Shown piece by piece: positions 27,769 to 38,297 of a stretch of DNA of 64,000 bases (positions are counted from its first letter, which is position 1; each line of letters opens with the position of its first letter). The notes beneath the pieces are model-generated. The model did not search any database. It was not told the DNA's origin and was given only the letters and a program-made list of their open reading frames with translations. The position numbers and the translations under genes were made by a program. Origin of the DNA: Actinomycetota bacterium (GTDB taxonomy: Bacteria; Actinomycetota; UBA4738; HRBIN12); contig BPGL01000001.1 of the NCBI GenBank assembly GCA_026003015.1, positions 282,297 through 346,296 on the forward strand, read 5' to 3'.

Positions 27769-28847
27769 ACCTCCACAGGGCGATCGCGGTCTACCGCGGT
27801 CAGCGGGTCCCCACGTTCCGGTTGATCGAGCACCGGCGGCGGTGGTTCCTCTTCTCCGGGGCGATCGTCGCCCTCTCGCTGGTGGGGCTGGTCGTGGGGG
27901 GCCTCGCGTACTCGATCGACTTCGTCGGTGGCGCGCAGGTGACGGTGCCGCTCGCTCGTCGGGTCTCGGTCCAGCAGATCACGAGCCTGCTCGCCGAGCG
28001 CGGCCTCGACCAGGCCGAGGTCCAGATCGTCGACGGCCGGGCGGCGAGCATCCGGACCGGCTCGCTCTCAGACGAGGGGCGCGACGCGGAAGCGATCCTC
28101 GAGGACCTGGCGCGCCTCGCGGGGGTGGATCGGGCCGACATCAGCGTCGAGGACGTCGGCCCGACGTGGGGATCGGAGATCTCGCGCAAGGCGATCCAAG
28201 GGCTCGTGATCGTGCTCGGGCTCATCCTGCTGTACATCGCCTACCGGTTCGAGTGGGCGATGGGGATCGCGGCGATCGTGGCGCTCGTGCACGACATCGT
28301 GGTCACCGCGGGGATCTACGCGCTCGTGGGACGTCCGGTGACGCCCGAGACGGTGATCGCGGTCCTCACGATCATGGGCTTCTCCCTCTACGACACCGTC
28401 GTGATCTTCGACAAGGTGCAGGAGAACCTCGAGTCCCCGACGCTGATCGGGCGGTACGGCTACGACGGGGTCGTGAACCTGTCGCTGAACACCGTGCTGA
28501 TGCGGTCGGTGAACACCTCGCTCGTCGTCCTGTTGCCGATCACCGCGATGCTGCTGTTCGGCGGCGAGACGCTCAAGGACTTCGCCTTCGCGATGCTCGT
28601 GGGCACGGCCGCGGGAACGTACTCGTCGATCTTCGTCGCCGCCCCCCTGCTCACCGTGCTCAAGGCGCGCTCGGAGCGCGTCCGCGTCGTCGAGCGTCGA
28701 CGGGCCCGCGACCGCCGACCGGTCCCGGCCGGGGCCGCGACGAGCGCCGACGAGCGCACCCCCGAACCCGAGGCCCGCCCGGCGAGCCCCCGCTCGCGCC
28801 GATCGGCGTCGAAGCGGCGCCCGCCGGCCAAGCGCAGACGGAGGTAG
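27765..28847 (+). CDS. secF: Protein translocase subunit SecF
   Basis: SIDFVGG, VGPTWG, RFEW, ALVHD, GFSLYDTVVIFDK..EN, RSVNTS, GTYSSIFVA. Confidence 0.96.
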   Translation: MNLHRAIAVYRGQRVPTFRLIEHRRRWFLFSGAIVALSLVGLVVGGLAYSIDFVGGAQVTVPLARRVSVQQITSLLAERGLDQAEVQIVDGRAASIRTGSLSDEGRDAEAILEDLARLAGVDRADISVEDVGPTWGSEISRKAIQGLVIVLGLILLYIAYRFEWAMGIAAIVALVHDIVVTAGIYALVGRPVTPETVIAVLTIMGFSLYDTVVIFDKVQENLESPTLIGRYGYDGVVNLSLNTVLMRSVNTSLVVLLPITAMLLFGGETLKDFAFAMLVGTAAGTYSSIFVAAPLLTVLKARSERVRVVERRRARDRRPVPAGAATSADERTPEPEARPASPRSRRSASKRRPPAKRRRR

Positions 28848-28851
28848 GTGC

Positions 28852-29373
28852 GTGGACATCGACCAGATCAAGACCCTCGTCCGCGACGTCCCCGACTTCC
28901 CGGAGCCGGGGATCGTGTTCCGCGACATCACACCGGTGCTCGCCGATCCGATCGCGTTCTCCACGATCATCGACCTGATCGTCGTGCACTTCGGACGCGG
29001 GAACGTCGACAAGGTGGTCGGGATCGAGGCTCGGGGCTTCCTGCTCGCCGCGCCCGTCGCGTACCACTTCGGCGCCGGGGTCGTGCCGGTCCGCAAGAAG
29101 GGCAAGCTCCCCTTCGAGACCCTCGACGAGGAGTACGCGCTCGAATACGGCACCGCCGCCCTCGAGATCCACCGCGACGCCGTGGTCTCGGGCGAGCGCG
29201 TCCTCGTCGTGGACGACGTCCTCGCGACCGGGGGCACGGCCCGGGCTGCCGCGAACCTCGTCGAGCGGGTCGGCGGGCAGGTCCGCGGCATCGCCTGTCT
29301 GATCGAGCTCGACGCGCTCGGGGGTCGCGAGCGCGTCTCGGGCTACGACCTGTTCACCCTGATCCACTACTGA
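28852..29373 (+). CDS. apt: Adenine phosphoribosyltransferase
   Basis: PDFPEPGIVFRDITP, GIEARGF, RKKGKLP, YALEYG, VDDVLATGGT. Confidence 0.97.
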   Translation: MDIDQIKTLVRDVPDFPEPGIVFRDITPVLADPIAFSTIIDLIVVHFGRGNVDKVVGIEARGFLLAAPVAYHFGAGVVPVRKKGKLPFETLDEEYALEYGTAALEIHRDAVVSGERVLVVDDVLATGGTARAAANLVERVGGQVRGIACLIELDALGGRERVSGYDLFTLIHY

Positions 29374-29429
29374 CGGTCGCGGACCTCGAGCCGTTCGCCT
29401 CCGCGCGAGCCGGCGGCCGTAGACTGGCC

Positions 29430-31697
29430 ATGAGGACCGTGGAGGGCACGCGCGACGACGTCCGCACCGAACCGCCGCAACGGCGGGGTGGGCGCCTGCC
29501 GCTGCCCCGCCTGCGCCGGGGGGAGCCCGAGGTCGCCTCGGCCCGACTCCGTCCGCTCCTACGCCAGGTCCGCGCCTACAACCCGAAGGCCGACGTGCGG
29601 GCGATCGAGCGCGCCTACACCATCGCGGAGCGGGTGCACGAGGGCCAGAAGCGGCTGTCGGGGGAGGACTACATCGAGCACCCGCTCGCCGTCGCCACGA
29701 TCCTCGCCGATCTGCGGCTCGACACGACGACGCTCGTCGCCGCGCTGCTGCACGACACCGTGGAGGACACCGAGCTCACGCTCGAGGAGGTCGAGCGGAC
29801 GTTCGGCGCGGAGGTCGCCGGGATCGTCGACGGGCTGACGAAGCTCGATCGACTCGAGTTCCGAACGCGCGAGCTGGCGCAGGCGGAGAACGTCCGCAAG
29901 ATGATCGTCGCGATGGCGGGCGACATCCGCGTCCTGCTGATCAAGCTCGCCGATCGTCTCCACAACATGCGCACCATCGCGCCGCTGCCGGCGCACAAGC
30001 AGCGGCGGATCGCCACCGAGACGCTGGAGATCTACGCCCCGCTCGCGAACCGACTCGGGGTGCAGGAGATGAAGTGGGAGCTCGAGGACCTCTCGTTCAA
30101 GACGCTGCACCCGGGCCCCTACCGCGAGATCGCGAGCCTCGTGGAGGCACGTCGAGGCGAGCGCCAGGAGCTGATCGCGGAGCTCACCGCGACGCTGCGC
30201 CAGAAGCTGAAGGAGCTCGGGATCAGGGCCGACGTGGAGGGGCGCCCGAAGCACCTGTACTCGATCTACGAGAAGATGGTGATCCGAGGTAAGGAGTTCA
30301 ACGAGATCTACGACCTCGTCGGGATCCGGATCCTCGTGGAATCGCTACGGGACTGCTACGGGGCGCTCGGCGCCGTGCACGCGCTGTGGAAGCCGGTGCC
30401 CGGACGCTTCAAGGACTACGTCGCGATGCCCAAGGCGAACATGTACCAGTCGCTGCACACGACCGTCGTGGGACCCGAGGGCAAGCCGATCGAGATCCAG
30501 ATCCGCACGCGCGAGATGCACCGGACGGCGCAGTTCGGGATCGCGGCGCACTGGCGCTACAAGGAGGGCCGTGCCAAGGACGGTGACCTGGCCTGGCTCG
30601 GCCAGATGATGGACTGGCTGAAGGACATGGCCGATCCGCGCGAGTTCATGGAGGGGCTGCGGATCGACCTGTCGGGCGGCCGGGTCTTCGTGTTCACGCC
30701 GAAGGGCGATGTGGTGAACCTGCCGCAGGGCGCGACGCCCGTCGACTTCGCCTACGCGATCCATACCGAGGTGGGGCACCGCGCGATCGGCGCGAAGGTG
30801 AACGGCAAGCTGGTCCCCCTCGACTACGAGCTGCGCACCGGTGATGCCGTCGAGATCCTGACCTCGAAGGCGCACGGGGAGGGTCCGTCGCAGGACTGGC
30901 TGCGGTTCGTCAAGACCCCTCGAGCTCGCTCGAAGATCCGGCAGTGGTTCGCGCGCGGGCGGCGCGAGGACGCGCTCGACCAGGGCAAGGAGCTGCTCAA
31001 GCAGCAGATGCGCAAGCAGAACGTGTCGTTCAAGCGACTCGCCACCGAAGAAGCGCTGCAGCAGGTCGCCGACGATCTGCGCTATCCGGACCTCGACGCG
31101 CTGTACGTGGCGATCGGGGAGGGGCACGTGTCTCCGCAGTCGGTCGTCGCCCGCCTCGCCCGCCTCGTGTCGGGCTCGGTCGACGAAGACGTCACGACCG
31201 ACGTCCCCCTCGCGCGCCCGGTGCGGATCGGGGGACGGGAGGACATCTCGAAGGGGGTCGTCGTCCGGGGACTCCCCGACGTGTGGGTGCGGCTCGGACG
31301 CTGCTGCACGCCGGTGCCTGGCGACGAGATCGTGGGCTTCGTCACGCGGGGTCAGGGCGTGTCCGTGCACCGCAGCGATTGCCCGAACGTCAAAGCCCTG
31401 CGGCGCGAGCCCGAGCGGATCATCGACGTCACGTGGGCGGGGGGCAAGCCGACGTCGTTCGTCGTCGCGATCATGGTGGAGGCGCTCGACCGCACTCGCT
31501 TGCTGTCGGACCTGGCGACGCTGCTGTCCGACCACCACGTCAACATCCTGTCGGCCACCTCGACGACGGGGAAGGATCGGATCACCCGCCTGCGCTTCAC
31601 CTTCGAGCTCGCCGACATCGCGCACCTGTCCTCGATCCTGGCGGCGGTCAAGCGGGTGGAGAGCGTCTACGACGCCTACCGGGTGACGCCGAGCTGA
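29430..31697 (+). CDS. relA: Bifunctional (p)ppGpp synthetase/hydrolase Rel
   Basis: HD hydrolase motif LLHDTVED, KLADRLHNMRT, synthetase RFKDY/YQSLHT, TGS (DFAYAIHT), CC motif, ACT; start ATG 29430 or GTG 29439. Confidence 0.97.
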   Translation: MRTVEGTRDDVRTEPPQRRGGRLPLPRLRRGEPEVASARLRPLLRQVRAYNPKADVRAIERAYTIAERVHEGQKRLSGEDYIEHPLAVATILADLRLDTTTLVAALLHDTVEDTELTLEEVERTFGAEVAGIVDGLTKLDRLEFRTRELAQAENVRKMIVAMAGDIRVLLIKLADRLHNMRTIAPLPAHKQRRIATETLEIYAPLANRLGVQEMKWELEDLSFKTLHPGPYREIASLVEARRGERQELIAELTATLRQKLKELGIRADVEGRPKHLYSIYEKMVIRGKEFNEIYDLVGIRILVESLRDCYGALGAVHALWKPVPGRFKDYVAMPKANMYQSLHTTVVGPEGKPIEIQIRTREMHRTAQFGIAAHWRYKEGRAKDGDLAWLGQMMDWLKDMADPREFMEGLRIDLSGGRVFVFTPKGDVVNLPQGATPVDFAYAIHTEVGHRAIGAKVNGKLVPLDYELRTGDAVEILTSKAHGEGPSQDWLRFVKTPRARSKIRQWFARGRREDALDQGKELLKQQMRKQNVSFKRLATEEALQQVADDLRYPDLDALYVAIGEGHVSPQSVVARLARLVSGSVDEDVTTDVPLARPVRIGGREDISKGVVVRGLPDVWVRLGRCCTPVPGDEIVGFVTRGQGVSVHRSDCPNVKALRREPERIIDVTWAGGKPTSFVVAIMVEALDRTRLLSDLATLLSDHHVNILSATSTTGKDRITRLRFTFELADIAHLSSILAAVKRVESVYDAYRVTPS

Positions 31698-32147
31698 TGC
31701 GGGTCGTGTGCCAACGCGTCCTCCGCGCCAGCGTGCGCGTGGGCGAGGAGCTGGTCGACGCGATCGGACCTGGGCTGCTCCTGCTCGTCGGGGTGGCCCG
31801 TGGCGACCCCGAGCACCAGGCGATCTGGCTCGCCGACAAGCTCGCCGAGCTTCGGGTCTTCCCCGACGAGCGCGGGGTGCCGAACCGCTCGCTGCTGGAC
31901 GTGGGCGGGGAGGCGCTCGTCGTGTCCCAGTTCACGCTCTACGGGGACGTGCGCAAGGGGCGTCGCCCGTCGTGGGCCGCCGCCGAGGAGCCGGAGCGCG
32001 CCGCCGCCCGGATCGAGTCGCTCGCGCGGGCGCTCGAGGCCCGCGGCGTGAGGGTCGGACGCGGGCCGCTTCGGTGCCCACATGGCGGTCGAGCTCGTGA
32101 ACGACGGGCCGCTCACCCTCGTGGATCGACGCGCCCCAGGATGCTGA
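31697..32147 (+). CDS. dtd: D-aminoacyl-tRNA deacylase (frameshift near 32065; 3' end approximate)
   Basis: MRVVCQRV..ASV.V, SQFTLYGD..KGRRPS, then FGAHMAVELVNDGP in the shifted frame. Confidence 0.9.
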
Positions 32148-32201
32148 GCCCGGGCCCGGCGTCCGGTGTCCGGACCTCGGGTCCGGTACCATGGCGCCCC
32201 G

Positions 32202-32820
32202 ATGTACCTCGACGCCTTCGCCGACAACCCCTGCGGGACCAACTGCTGGCTCCTCGGCGCCGACGGCACCGACGACGCCGTGGTCGTCGATCCCGGCTTC
32301 TCCCCGGACCGGGTCCGCCGCCCTGCTTGAGAGCGCGGGGCGGACCCCGGTGGCGGTGCTCGCGACCCACGGGCACTTCGACCACGTCGGGGCGGCCGCG
32401 GCGATCTGCGGCGAGGAGCTCCCCTTCTACATCCACGAGGCCGACGCCCTCGCGCTCTCCGATCCCGAGGCGTGGGGGGCCGGCTACGAGGCGCCACCGG
32501 TGCCGGTGAAGGACGTGCGCACCGTCGTCGACGGCGACGTCCTCACCTTCGCGGGGTTCCGGATCGAGGTGCTGCACACCCCCGGCCACACCCCCGGCAG
32601 CGTGTGCTACCGTACCGACGGGTGGGTCCTCTCGGGCGACCTCGTCTTCGCCGGAGCCATCGGTCGCAGCGACTTCCCGAACTCCGACCCCGCGGCGATG
32701 CGGCTCAGCCTGCGCCGGTTCCTCACGCTGCCGGACGAGCTCCCGGTCCTCCCCGGCCACGGGCCCCGCACGACGGTCGGCCGGGAGCGGCGGCGCAACC
32801 CGTTCCTCGTGGGGCTGTAG
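32202..32820 (+). CDS. MBL-fold metallo-hydrolase, glyoxalase II-like (frameshift near 32322)
   Basis: TNCWL...VVDPG, then THGHFDHVG, HTPGHTPGS, GDLVFAG.IGR.D, PGHG, NPF. Confidence 0.9.
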
Positions 32821-32823
32821 ACG

Positions 32824-34083
32824 GTGGACCTCGCGCCACCCCGGGGAACCCTGGATCTCCTTCCGCCGGAGGGCGGGCGGATGCGGGCCCTCTACGACCG
32901 GGCCGCCGAGCTCGCGCGGCGGTACGGCTACCGCTACGTCGAGACCCCCGGGTTCGAGCACACCGAGCTCTTCGCCCGGACGTCGGGCGAGACGAGCGAC
33001 GTCGTGACGAAGGAGATGTACACGTTCACCGATCGCGGCGGACGCTCGCTCACCCTCAGGCCGGAGGGCACGGCGCCGGTCATGCGCGCGTACCTCGCCC
33101 ATCGCGCCGAGCTCCCGAGCCCCTTCAAGGCCTACTACCTCACCCGGATGTACCGGTACGGGCGCCCGCAGGCCGGCCGCTACCGCGAGCACCGGCAGTT
33201 CGGGGTCGAGATCTTCGGGGTGGCGGACCCCGCCGCGGACGTCGAGGTCATCGTCCTCGGGGAGGAGTTCCTCCGGAGCCTCGGGCTCCGGCGGTACGAG
33301 ATCCAGATCAACTCGATCGGCGACGGGGCCTGCCGTCCCGCGTACCGCGAGGAGCTCCTGGCCTACCTGCGCGCGAGCGTCGGTCGCCTGCGCGACGAGC
33401 ACCGCACGGGGTTCGAGGCGAACCCCTTGCGCGTGCTCGACTGCAAGGACGGGGCCTGCCGAGCGGTCGCCGCGGCGGCGCCTCGGATCACCGAGCGGCT
33501 GTGCGGGCCGTGCCGCGAGCACTTCGAGGGTGTGCTGACGGGCCTCCGCGAGCACGGCCTCGAGCCGATCGTGACGCCCACCCTGGTCCGGGGTCTCGAC
33601 TACTACACGCGCACCGCGTTCGAGTTCGTGAGCCTCGTGCTCTCGGAGGCGCAGGCCACGCTGTTCGGCGGGGGTCGCTACGACGGCCTGGCCGAGGCCC
33701 TCGGGGGGCCGGCCGTCCCCGGCGTGGGGTTCGGGATGGGGCTCGAGCGCGTGCTGCTCGCCTGCCGGGACGAGGGGATCGAGCCGCCCTCGGAGCCGGG
33801 GCTCGACGCCTTCGTGGTCGGGCTCGGCGAGGCCGGCCGCAGGGCCGCGGCAGGGCTCCTGCGGGAGCTCCGCGCCGGCGGGCTGTCGGCCGACGCCGCG
33901 TACGAGGAGCGGCCGCTGAAGGCGCAGCTCCGGATGGCCGATCGCGCGGGGGCCGCGTACGCGGCGATCGTGGGCGAGCGGGAGGCCGCCGAGGGGCGCG
34001 TGACGCTCCGGCGTCTCGCCGACGGGACCCAGACGGAGGTCGCACGGGCCGATGTGGTGAACTGGCTGCGGGGCGAGCGATGA
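32824..34083 (+). CDS. hisS: Histidine--tRNA ligase
   Basis: KEMYTF.D, LRPEGTA, RPQAGRYR, LVRGLDYY, GGRYDGL, G.GLER. Confidence 0.97.
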   Translation: MDLAPPRGTLDLLPPEGGRMRALYDRAAELARRYGYRYVETPGFEHTELFARTSGETSDVVTKEMYTFTDRGGRSLTLRPEGTAPVMRAYLAHRAELPSPFKAYYLTRMYRYGRPQAGRYREHRQFGVEIFGVADPAADVEVIVLGEEFLRSLGLRRYEIQINSIGDGACRPAYREELLAYLRASVGRLRDEHRTGFEANPLRVLDCKDGACRAVAAAAPRITERLCGPCREHFEGVLTGLREHGLEPIVTPTLVRGLDYYTRTAFEFVSLVLSEAQATLFGGGRYDGLAEALGGPAVPGVGFGMGLERVLLACRDEGIEPPSEPGLDAFVVGLGEAGRRAAAGLLRELRAGGLSADAAYEERPLKAQLRMADRAGAAYAAIVGEREAAEGRVTLRRLADGTQTEVARADVVNWLRGER

Positions 34084-35892
34084 GCGTGATGCGGACGGCG
34101 ATGCGCACCCATGCCTGCGGCGAGCTCCGTGCCGAGCACGTCGGGCAGGAGGTGGCGCTCTGCGGGTGGGTCTGGCGCGAGCGCGACCACGGCGGCGTGA
34201 CCTTCGTCGACCTGCGCGACCGGGAGGGCCTCGTCCAGCTCGTCATCCACCCGGAGGAGGCGCCCGAGGCCCACGCGGTCGCGAAGGGCTTCCGCAGCGA
34301 GTCGGTCGTCCGGGTCGTGGGCGAGGTGCGGCGGCGGCCGCCGGGGACCGTGAACCCGAACCTCGCGACCGGCGAGATCGAGGTGGCGGTGCGATCCGCC
34401 CAGGTCCTCGCCGCGGCGGAGACCCCGCCCTTCCCGATCGACGACCGGATCGAGGCCTCGGAGGAGCTGCGGCTGCGCTACCGGTACCTGGACCTCCGTC
34501 GTCCGGAGATGACCCGGATCCTCCGCCTCCGGCACCGGATCAACCGGATCATCCGGGACCACATGGAGTCCCTGGGCTTCCTCGAGGTGGAGACGCCGTA
34601 CCTCACGCGGAGCACCCCGGAGGGGGCCCGGGACTTCCTCGTGCCCTCGCGCCTCTGGAAGGGCTCGTTCTACGCCCTGCCCCAGTCCCCGCAGCAGCTG
34701 AAGCAGCTGCTGATGGTGGCGGGGCAGGACCGCTACTACCAGATCGTCCGGTGCTTCCGGGACGAGGACCCCCGGGCCGACCGGAGCTTCGAGTTCACCC
34801 AGCTCGACGTGGAGATGTCCTTCGTGGACGAGGAGGACGTGTTCGGCGTCATCGAGCCGCTCATGGCGCGGATCGTCCGCGAGACCCAGGGGGTGGAGGT
34901 GCCCACCCCGTTCCCGCGGCTCACGTACCGGGAGATGCTCGACCGCTACGGGACCGACAAGCCCGACCTCCGCTACGGGATGGAGCTCGTCGACCTCGGG
35001 CCGGCTTTCGCGGGAACCTCGTTCCGGGTGTTCGCCGCGGCCCTCGCGGACGGCGGGGTGATCAAGGGCTTCGCCGCCCCCGGGGGCGCCGCCCTCTCGC
35101 GGAAGGAGCACGACCAGCTCACGCAGATCGCTCGGGAGACCGGGGCGGGAGGGCTGGTCACGTTCGCCGTGCTCCCGGAGGGGGTGCGCTCGCCGGTGGA
35201 GAAGCACGTGTCCCCGGGTGAGGTCGAGGCGGTCCTGCAGGCCACCGGCGCGCGGGAGGGGGACCTCGTCCTCGTCGTCGCCGACCGTCCGGATCGAGCG
35301 AACGTCGCCCTGGACGCGCTGCGGCGACGGCTGGCCGAGCGCCTGGGGCTGATCCCCGAGGGGGTCTGGGCGTTCTGCTGGATGGTCGAGCCGCCCCTGT
35401 TCGAGTGGAGCGAGGACGAGGGCAAGTGGGTGAGCGTCCACCACCCCTTCACGGCCCCCGCCGACCCCGAGGACCTCGACCCGCCGGCCGCGCGCAGCCG
35501 GGGCTACGACCTCGTGCTGAACGGGTTCGAGCTCGGCGGGGGGAGCATCCGGATCCACGACCCCGAGATCCAGCGCCGGGTCTTCGAACGGCTGGGACTC
35601 ACCCCCGAGCAGACCGAGGAGCAGTTCGGACACCTGATCCGGGCCTTCCGCTACGGGGTGCCGCCGCACGGGGGCATCGCCTTCGGGATCGATCGGATCG
35701 TGATGCTCATGGCCGGCAAGGAGGCGATCCGCGACGTGACCGCGTTCCCCAAGGCGCAGTCCGGACAGGACCCGCTGACCGGGGCGCCGGCGCCCGGTCT
35801 CCGAGGAGCAGCTGCGGGAACTGGGCCTGCGGCTGGTCGAGCCGCCGCGGCGCCGCGATCGGACCGCCGACCGAGAGGGAGGTGATGCCTGA
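34080..35892 (+). CDS. aspS: Aspartate--tRNA ligase, probably non-discriminating Asp/Asn type (frameshift near 35795)
   Basis: MRTHACG, RDHGG (His signature of ND-AspRS), TPEGARDF, ALPQSPQ, CFRDED, HHPFT, GGGSIRIH, PPHGG.A.G.DR. Confidence 0.96.
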
Positions 35893-36281
35893 TGGCGCAG
35901 CTCACGCCGGGCGACGTGGAGCTGCTCACCGGCCCCCACTACGCCACGGTCGTCACGCTGAACCCCGACGGCACGCCCCACGCCACCGTGACGTGGATCG
36001 AGCGCCGAGGACGGCCACGTGCTGGTGAACACGGCCGAGGGCCGCCGCAAGGCGCGGAACCTGCGTCGGGACCCGCGCTGCCGCCGTGCTGGTGCAGGCC
36101 GATCCCTACCGGTGGATCTCGATCACCGGGACCGCGGTCGCCGCGGAGACGGGCCCCGCGGCCGAGGCGCACATCGACGCGCTCTCGCGTCGGTACGACG
36201 GCAGACCATGGACGCCCGTCGACGGGTCAGGTGCGCGTACGGTTCCGGATCCGGCCCGACCGGATCGTGCGCTACGGCTGA
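35892..36281 (+). CDS. PPOX-class (putative F420-dependent) oxidoreductase (several indels)
   Basis: [54 protein letters not shown] across frames. Confidence 0.8.
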   Translation: MAQLTPGDVELLTGPHYATVVTLNPDGTPHATVTWIERRGRPRAGEHGRGPPQGAEPASGPALPPCWCRPIPTGGSRSPGPRSPRRRAPRPRRTSTRSRVGTTADHGRPSTGQVRVRFRIRPDRIVRYG

Positions 36282-36289
36282 GGGGCGCC

Positions 36290-37535
36290 GTGACCGAGGT
36301 GCCGCTCGCCGCCCGGATGCGCCCTCGGACCTTCGACGAGTTCGTGGGGCAGCCGCACCTCATCGGGCCGGGACGGGCCCTCACCAAGCTGCTCGAGGCC
36401 GGGCACCTGCCCTCGCTGCTCCTCTGGGGCCCCGCGGGGACCGGGAAGACCACGCTCGCCTACCTGCTGGCCGACGCCGTCGGGGCCGAGCTCGTGCAGC
36501 TGTCGGCGGTGTCCTCCGGCGTGGCCGACGCCCGCCGGGTGATGGAGCGGGCCAGGGCGGCCTGTTCCGGACGGTCCTCTTCGTGGACGAGGTGCACCGG
36601 TGGTCCAAGGCCCAGCAGGACGTGCTCCTGCCCGCGGTCGAGGACGGGACGATCACGCTGATCGGGGCGACCACCGAGAACCCCTACTCTCCCTCGTGAC
36701 GCGCCGCTCCTCTCGCGCTGCCTGCTCCTGCGCCTCGAGCCCCTCGCGCCCGAGGAGGTCCGCACGGCTGCTCGAGCCGGGCCCTCGCCGACGAGGAGCG
36801 GGGGCTCGGCGAAGCTCGGGCGTCCGCGTCCGCCCCGAGGCCCTCGACCATCTCGTCGAGGTGGCCGGGGGCGACGCGCGGATCGCGCTCACCGGGCTGG
36901 AGGCGGCCGTGGTCGCGGCGCGCGCGGCCGGCGAGCGCGAGGTCACGCTGGAGCGCGCGGCCGGGACGCCGTGCAGAAGAAGCGCGATCGTGTACGACCG
37001 GCAGGGGGACGCCCACTACGACGTGATCTCGGCCTTCATCAAGTCGATCCGCGGCTCGGACCCCGACGCCGCCCTGTTCTGGCTGGCGAGGATGCTCGAG
37101 GCGGGGGAGGACCCGCGCTTCATCGCCCGCCGGATGGTCGTCCATGCGAGCGAGGACATCGGCCTCGCGGACCCCCGAGCGCTCCTCGTCGCCGTGGCGG
37201 CGGCCCAGGCGGTGGAGTACGTGGGACTGCCCGAGGCCCGACTGAACCTGGCGGAGGCCGCGATCTACCTGGCCCGGGCGCCGAAGTCCAACAGCGTCCT
37301 CGTGGCGCTCTCGCGGGCGCAGGAGGACGCCGCCTCCTCGGACCCGGTGCCGCTGCACCTCCGCGAGCCCGGGCACCCGGCCCTGCGCGAGCACGGGTAC
37401 GGCGAGGGCTACAAGTACCCCCACGACTTCCCCGGACACGTGGTGGAGCAGGAGTACCGGCCGGCCCGCTTCAGCGGGCGGCGGTACTACGAACCCTCGG
37501 GGCAGGGGGAGGAGGGATCGGAGGAGCGGGCCTGA
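36290..37535 (+). CDS. rarA: Replication-associated recombination protein A (AAA+, MgsA/RarA), several indels
   Basis: [74 protein letters not shown]. Confidence 0.93.
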
Positions 37536-37646
37536 CCTCGGCCCTCGCCGGCCCGAGCTGCTGCGCACGGCAGGCTGGTGGCGCGGGGTCGAGGGCGCGG
37601 CCGGTATGATGCCGCCATCCGACCTTCGACCCCGAGGAGACCCATC

Positions 37647-38036
37647 ATGCTGGTGATCGGTGCGCTCGACGGAGGGGATGTCGCCCTCATCGTCCTGTCC
37701 GGCGTTCTGGGGCCTGCTCGTGCTCGCCCTGTGCGTGGTCCTGCTGAACGCGTTCCGCGTCCTCGAGAGCCACGAAGATGATCGATCGACGCGATGCGCG
37801 AGGAGACCGTGCCCGCTGCTGCGCGAGGTCAAGGGCTCCGTGGAACGGGCGAACCGGCCTGCTCGACCGGGCGGAAGCGTGCTGGTCGCGACGCGGCGCT
37901 GGAGCAGGTCTCCGAGCGCTGGTGGAGCAGGCGGCCTCGGGTCCCCTCGTGAAGGTCCTCTGCGCCTCGGGGCGGGGCTGCGCCCGGCGGCCAAGCGGTT
38001 CCGCGCGCGGCGGCGGGAGGTCCGCGAGGGCGATGA
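37647..38036 (+). CDS. DUF948-like membrane-anchored coiled-coil protein (frameshifted, approximate)
   Basis: SD GAGGAG; TM VALI..AFWGLLVLALCVVLL, then ETVPLLREV..SVE.AN; usual position before alaS. Confidence 0.6.
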
Positions 38037-38285
38037 GGCGCTGTTCTGGCTCGCGGTGGGGCTCGGCGCGGGGGCGGCCGGCGCGGTGCTCGACGTGCGC
38101 CTGGCGCGTCGGCAGGCCGAGCGCGTGGCGCCCGCGCGCCTCGCCCGGGAGGCCGGGGCCGGGTCATGGACCTCGCGAAGCTGGTGGCCGAGTCCCTGGA
38201 GGAGGGGCGCGCGCGATGCGCGAGCGCGAGGAGGGCGAGCTCGCGGCCGAGCGCAGGCCCGGGACGCCGGAGGCCCCGGGGCTAG
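38033..38285 (+). CDS. Small conserved membrane protein upstream of alaS (frameshifted, approximate)
   Basis: MR.LFWLAVGLGAG...R.AERVAP...EG..AMREREGEL reconstructed across frames. Confidence 0.55.
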
Positions 38286-38297
38286 ACTCGCTCCGCC